Positions 59,348 through 64,000 of a stretch of 64,000 nucleotides of DNA are shown here, piece after piece; position 1 is the stretch's first letter; each line of letters starts with the position of its first letter. This DNA comes from Escherichia phage vB_VIPECOOM01. The notes below the pieces were generated by a model. The model worked only from the letters and a program-made list of their open reading frames with translations. It searched no databases and was not told the origin of the DNA. A program made the translations under genes and the position numbers. Location: the sequence record OQ721909; one strand, written 5' to 3'.

Positions 59348-61444
59348 TTATCCTTGAACGAACTTGTAAGGCATGTTTGTAATATCTATGCAAGACGCAA
59401 TAATTCCAAGAGATGATTCTGCTTTCTGTTTAACATTTGATGAAACAAATGATGCAAAGTCAACTCTGTCTTCTATTTCAATATCACCTGTCATTGCAAC
59501 CAATTCACCAGTTTCCATTAAATGGTCTCCATCATAGATTACCGATTCGGTGAGTTCTTCCGTAGTCATAACTTCAGCTTGAATGAGTTTTGTATTATTA
59601 GATGTTGTTCCGTCATTATTGGAAGCATCAGTTATTTTATTAACTTTGACCATCAATCCGCGTGGTAAAATAACTTCAGCTTCAGTTGCTATTCCGAGAC
59701 TTCCTGGATATACAACATTAACTTTATGAGCTCCATCAATTGCCCATCCTATTTGAACTTTAACGTATTCAGGATTTTCTTTATACGCTCTTATTTCGTT
59801 TGGATTAATAGTTATTCCTTCTTCATTTTTATCAACTGTTAATTCATTGCGAGCTTCTGGTTCTAAAAGACCAATACCAGCATGCGTAATTCCAAAACGT
59901 CCAAAAATGATAGGAGTTAAAGAAGTAGATACAAAATTTCTGAAATAGAACACTTTATTTTTAACTAGTGCTTCGTATATAGGAGCAGTCATACTTTGAG
60001 CACGATAAACTGTAATGCCTTCTGGTATACGGTCACCATTTTCAAAGGCTGAATCTAAATTATTTATCGCAGATTCAATTTCTTTTTCACTCATTACATC
60101 ATATCGTTCTGGATTATAGCGTCCTAAAAGAAGATTATTGATGTCAGTATATCCTGATCCACAATACTCTCTAATGCCGCGCTTTTGCGATGGAGTATAT
60201 TTAGAACCATCACGGGCAATAGTAATATCAATCATTGGACCTGCACCAATTCCAGAAAAGCTATAAATCATTCGTTTGAGGAATTTAGTTTTTGCTGCGT
60301 TCCAGGAATTTTTAGTTATTTCTTCCCAGACTTCATCTGGCTGTCCTTTACGGGTTTTATTATGTTTATCAAGCCAAGTATCTTTATATTCTTCAAAGAA
60401 TTTATTAATAGCTGCTGCATACTTCTCTAAACATTTTATTGAAGTAGTTGGTTCATTTTTGATCGCGTTAAAAATTACATCTTTAATTTTTTCAGAAACT
60501 TCATTAACCTCACTTTTTGAAAAGAATTTATAGTCATAGTGAAGTTCATCTGCAGTCCCTTCGGCAATAATTTTTGCTGCCTTAGTTTTAGAAGCTAATG
60601 AATTAATTCCAAGTTTCATTTCTTCCGCTTCGGGAATTAAAGGAGCTGTAGCAGGTTTATTGAAATTAGCTGCAGTAGATTCATACTTCTGGAATAATTC
60701 ACTTTCAAATCTAGAAGATTCCAATGACTGACTTTGTGCAATTGCTCTACGGGAAATTTTAACTTTAACTATTACAGCTTGGTCAGAACGTTTATCGTTT
60801 TCTTGCGCAATAGATGCTGCAATTGCCTCATTTTTAGTTACTTGAGCTCCAGTATCTTTATTGATATAAACATCGCCGACCTTCGATTCAACTTTAGTAA
60901 AGAGCTCGGTACTAATTTCTGGAACTCCTGGAATGTCTTCTAGTGATACATTTTTGCGATGTATAAGAATATATGCATACTTTTTATCGTAATCCCAGAG
61001 TTCCTTAAGAAGGACGTATCTGCCACCTGAACGACTACGGATAAGTCTATCAGCAATAACTTGAATTTGTCGAGCTTGACCAGCAGTTTTAGACTTAAGA
61101 ATACGGAGCATACAGGCATCAATTTTATACTGACGCATCGTCTGCATTGCAACAGTAAAAACTGAATTGATATAATTAATTGGGCTTGGACCGAGACCTT
61201 TTAATTTAGCAATTGAACCTTTAGCAGTTAATGTAAAAGGAACAATATGCATCATTTTATCGCCCATTTTTAAATCGCGATTAGTATCACCTCCAGATGT
61301 ATAGGTACATAAACGAAAGCCTGGTTGTTCAATTGCGTCATCAACATGAACTGAAAAAATTTGCGGTATTTTCTTCTTTGGATTTAAGTTTGTAATCGGA
61401 AGAGTAGTATCTTCGTCAAATAATTCTGTAATGAGTTCCATCAT
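59348..61444 (-). CDS. Second Alt-like ADP-ribosyltransferase (tandem paralog)
   Basis: 698 aa; shares N-terminal third and C-terminal R-S-E elements (VYRAQ, FVSTSL, EAEVILPRG) with 57287-59344; central region divergent. Confidence 0.75.
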   Translation of the reverse strand: MMELITELFDEDTTLPITNLNPKKKIPQIFSVHVDDAIEQPGFRLCTYTSGGDTNRDLKMGDKMMHIVPFTLTAKGSIAKLKGLGPSPINYINSVFTVAMQTMRQYKIDACMLRILKSKTAGQARQIQVIADRLIRSRSGGRYVLLKELWDYDKKYAYILIHRKNVSLEDIPGVPEISTELFTKVESKVGDVYINKDTGAQVTKNEAIAASIAQENDKRSDQAVIVKVKISRRAIAQSQSLESSRFESELFQKYESTAANFNKPATAPLIPEAEEMKLGINSLASKTKAAKIIAEGTADELHYDYKFFSKSEVNEVSEKIKDVIFNAIKNEPTTSIKCLEKYAAAINKFFEEYKDTWLDKHNKTRKGQPDEVWEEITKNSWNAAKTKFLKRMIYSFSGIGAGPMIDITIARDGSKYTPSQKRGIREYCGSGYTDINNLLLGRYNPERYDVMSEKEIESAINNLDSAFENGDRIPEGITVYRAQSMTAPIYEALVKNKVFYFRNFVSTSLTPIIFGRFGITHAGIGLLEPEARNELTVDKNEEGITINPNEIRAYKENPEYVKVQIGWAIDGAHKVNVVYPGSLGIATEAEVILPRGLMVKVNKITDASNNDGTTSNNTKLIQAEVMTTEELTESVIYDGDHLMETGELVAMTGDIEIEDRVDFASFVSSNVKQKAESSLGIIASCIDITNMPYKFVQG

Positions 61445-61464
61445 ATCCTCTCTAGTGTTTATTC

Positions 61465-61472
61465 TATTTATA
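61465..61472 (-). promoter_or_regulatory. Late promoter TATAAATA (minus) upstream of the tandem alt genes
   Basis: Plus tatttata at 61465-61472, 21 nt upstream of the start at 61444. Confidence 0.55.
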
Positions 61473-61477
61473 AAATT

Positions 61478-61495
61478 AAAGGCCCGAAGGCCTTT
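61478..61495 (-). other. Stem-loop AAAGGCC-CGAA-GGCCTTT
   Basis: Perfect 7-bp stem with tetraloop, overlapping the stop of the 61494-61682 ORF. Confidence 0.45.
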
Positions 61496-61682
61496 AATAA
61501 TCTAGTGGTAAGAGAGTACGGTATATTTCAAACTTCGGACCTTTTTCATAGGCATCAAATGTTTCTGTAAATTTATTATAAGCATATGCATCTACAAATT
61601 CAAGAACGATTTGTGATACAGAAGTAGAAACATCTCCACCTTCTTTTTGAGCCACGACAATTGTTTCTAAGTAAGCTTTCAT
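61494..61682 (-). CDS. Small hypothetical protein (30.9 position)
   Basis: 62 aa, overlaps the ligase stop. Confidence 0.5.
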   Translation of the reverse strand: MKAYLETIVVAQKEGGDVSTSVSQIVLEFVDAYAYNKFTETFDAYEKGPKFEIYRTLLPLDY

Positions 61683-63139
61683 AGACCAGTTACCTCATGA
61701 AAATCACCAAATACATCCTCGAATGTATTAGCTTTAGTTTTATCTTCACGTAAACGAATCGCAATTGGAAGAAATAATTTAACGTAATCAGTGCGGCCAT
61801 CAGATTTTAACCAACCATTGCATTCGCACTCTAGAATTTTTCCAATATAATAATTTTGGTTTTCCATAATGCGAGTACGGTCAAGTTCATGTGATTTTAC
61901 ACCGGCTTTATCTTTTAAGCCTGAACCTGCATTTACTTTAATTTTTCCACACTCTGATTCAAGAATAAATCCACCTGCTTTAGTAGGGTCTTTACGGTGA
62001 GGATAAATTCCTACAATTTTTAAATCAACATCAATTACTTCTTTAAATTTATAAAGATTTTTTGAACGAGCATTTTCCCACAATCCATCGGTATTTTTGA
62101 GAATAATACCTTCAAGACCTTGGTCAATATATTTTTTATAAATTACCTTAGCTTCATCTAGGTTATTTACTACCTGGTTTTCAATTAAAATTACTTTATC
62201 ATATCCTGATGTCATTTGTTCTAGTTTAGAAAAACGTACATCATATTTTAAACGAAACGTCGGAAGACCGTATATTTCTACCAACGGAACATAATCCCAG
62301 ACCTGAAACTTCATGCATTTGGCTTCTTTTTCTGAAATAGTTCCCTTTAAAGATTTATTGGCGATTCCATTAGAAGCAGTACGAGATTCAGCTACTTCGG
62401 CAAACTCTTTAGCTTTACTGATTTCAGGAGCGTCAAAAAGAAAATCTAGGCCTTCTGGTTCCTTTTCAACTTGCTCATGGTATACCAATTCGCCATCAAT
62501 TAACACACCTTCTGGATGAATCTGGCGGGCTTCAGCGGTCATTTTGATTAACTCTTCCTTAAGAAGATCTAATCCTAGATATTCATTACCAGCTCGTGAT
62601 AAAAGACGAACATCATCTAATTCATCACCTCGAACTTCAGCAAAACACCGAGCTCCATCTGCTTTTAACTGTGCAAAGGCTGGAAATTTGATATTCTTAC
62701 TAATGCCTTTTTCATCATAAGAACTTGCCAGCATTTGAGGTTGTTCAGGAATTAAACCTGGCCAAACTTTGTTTGCAATAGATACTGAAGCACCGCATTC
62801 AAGGTCTCGCATCATAACTCGACGCAAAACTTCAACATCATCCTTTTTACCATCGGTGATATATCCAGTTAATTCCTCAATTGCTGCATTGCCAGTTAAT
62901 TTCCGAGTAGCTAACGTGAATTCAATGAAGTCAAGCATATCGGTAATAGTCAACATTCCAAAACTCTGGGTAGCAATACCAGGTTTAGGCCATTTCTTGA
63001 TATAATACTGTAACCCACGAGAATAAGTCAGACGATATACTCGTTTAAGCAATTCATTATCTTTATTCTTTTCAAGAATTGCTTGCTTCTGCTTAGTTGA
63101 TCCAATAGATGCTATTTCATTCAGAATTTTAAGAATCAT
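61679..63139 (-). CDS. 30: ATP-dependent DNA ligase
   Basis: 486 aa; adenylation motif KADGAR; N-terminus MILKILNEIASIGSTKQKQAIL recognised as T4 DNA ligase. Confidence 0.95.
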   Translation of the reverse strand: MILKILNEIASIGSTKQKQAILEKNKDNELLKRVYRLTYSRGLQYYIKKWPKPGIATQSFGMLTITDMLDFIEFTLATRKLTGNAAIEELTGYITDGKKDDVEVLRRVMMRDLECGASVSIANKVWPGLIPEQPQMLASSYDEKGISKNIKFPAFAQLKADGARCFAEVRGDELDDVRLLSRAGNEYLGLDLLKEELIKMTAEARQIHPEGVLIDGELVYHEQVEKEPEGLDFLFDAPEISKAKEFAEVAESRTASNGIANKSLKGTISEKEAKCMKFQVWDYVPLVEIYGLPTFRLKYDVRFSKLEQMTSGYDKVILIENQVVNNLDEAKVIYKKYIDQGLEGIILKNTDGLWENARSKNLYKFKEVIDVDLKIVGIYPHRKDPTKAGGFILESECGKIKVNAGSGLKDKAGVKSHELDRTRIMENQNYYIGKILECECNGWLKSDGRTDYVKLFLPIAIRLREDKTKANTFEDVFGDFHEVTGL

Positions 63140-63405
63140 TGTTCATCCTTCAAAGTTTGATTTACATCTCTATTATAAATCAATTCATCATTAAGCTCAG
63201 GCAAAGACTTATGATATGTAGTTCTAACTTTATTTCCTTGCATCCAGTGCTTGACGTAAATGAAACCTTGCTCTACACATTTTTTAAAAATTCGTTCGTC
63301 TTTTTGAGCTCGGAATTCTGGATTGCATCTAAAAAATTGATTTACGTGACCGTAATCACGTGTAGTATTACCTTCATTTTCATAAATAGTATGAACAACA
63401 AACAT
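63136..63405 (-). CDS. Hypothetical protein (30.1 position)
   Basis: 89 aa, overlapping start and stop with neighbours. Confidence 0.55.
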   Translation of the reverse strand: MFVVHTIYENEGNTTRDYGHVNQFFRCNPEFRAQKDERIFKKCVEQGFIYVKHWMQGNKVRTTYHKSLPELNDELIYNRDVNQTLKDEQ

Positions 63406-63953
63406 TAGAATGCTCCTTGAAAAATATTATCACCACTAGTAGGTCTATTATACAAATACTCTATGCCACCAGGTTTAATATAGTTCCATGTCTGAAACGG
63501 ATGTGTCTGATATGGATGATATAGATGATTATAAGGATTTAATCCAGGCGTTCTCCAGGTAGTGTTCCAAGGAAAAGAATCATTTTTAACCATCTTCTCA
63601 ATTAAATCTTTTATAGCTTTTTCACTATCAAAACTTTCTTTATTTTCCTTCGGCGAAAAAAGCTTATTTTCTACATCATTCCATGTATAAACTCGCTGTG
63701 CAGTTTTTGGAATATTGTCACGCTCTCCTCGAGCCATCCAATAAACTGGAACATTTAATATTTCACTCGCATGATCGCAGTGATGAGCGAGATCGTCAAT
63801 ATAACAAATTACGTTATATTTCTCTTTTGCCTTTTTGAACAGCTCTTCTTTTGAAGAATCATGACCACACATCATTACTTCTGAGAAGGCACCAGGAAAA
63901 AGAGCATTCAAATTAAATTGACGATTCAACAGAGCGTCAATAGAATCACCCAA
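63405..63953 (-). CDS. Hypothetical protein (30.2 position); start is not ATG
   Basis: 182 aa; codon at 63951-63953 reads TTG on the minus strand, so the true start is uncertain. Confidence 0.5.
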   Translation of the reverse strand: MGDSIDALLNRQFNLNALFPGAFSEVMMCGHDSSKEELFKKAKEKYNVICYIDDLAHHCDHASEILNVPVYWMARGERDNIPKTAQRVYTWNDVENKLFSPKENKESFDSEKAIKDLIEKMVKNDSFPWNTTWRTPGLNPYNHLYHPYQTHPFQTWNYIKPGGIEYLYNRPTSGDNIFQGAF

Positions 63954-64000
63954 TGCTGTAACAGCTACAAAATTATAATCTTCTTTTAATTTGTTAATTA

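Overview
This window reads as a T4-type (T-even, Tequatrovirus-like) myovirus segment, in reverse orientation to the usual T4 map. Gene identities are recognised from memory of T4 protein sequences, sizes and gene order, not from any database search. From left to right: the 3' truncated endolysin gene e, nudE and the e.2-e.8 small-gene block (minus strand); two internal-protein-like genes; a structured non-coding RNA region; a ten-tRNA cluster split by an HNH-like endonuclease gene; a hyperplastic block of small genes each behind a promoter-plus-stem-loop (PeSL-type) cassette; then 57B, 57A, genes 1, 3, 2, 4. The plus strand carries the late morphogenesis module: baseplate 53, 5, 5.4, 6-12, wac, 13-15, terminase 16/17, sheath 18, tube 19, portal 20, head core 67/68, protease 21, scaffold 22, capsid 23 and vertex 24. 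This is followed by rnlB, hoc, inh, uvsW, uvsY, baseplate 25/26/51/27/28/29/48/54, two tandem alt-like ADP-ribosyltransferase genes, DNA ligase 30 and 30.1/30.2. Many late promoters (TATAAATA), sigma70-like early promoters (GTTTAC -35), two MotA-box middle promoters and GC-rich tetraloop hairpins are visible. The most interesting parts are the accessory islands: 3.9-5.7 kb, 5.7-9.7 kb and the alt locus. No CRISPR array or integrase was seen. The many short antisense ORFs in the six-frame track inside large structural genes are treated as spurious.
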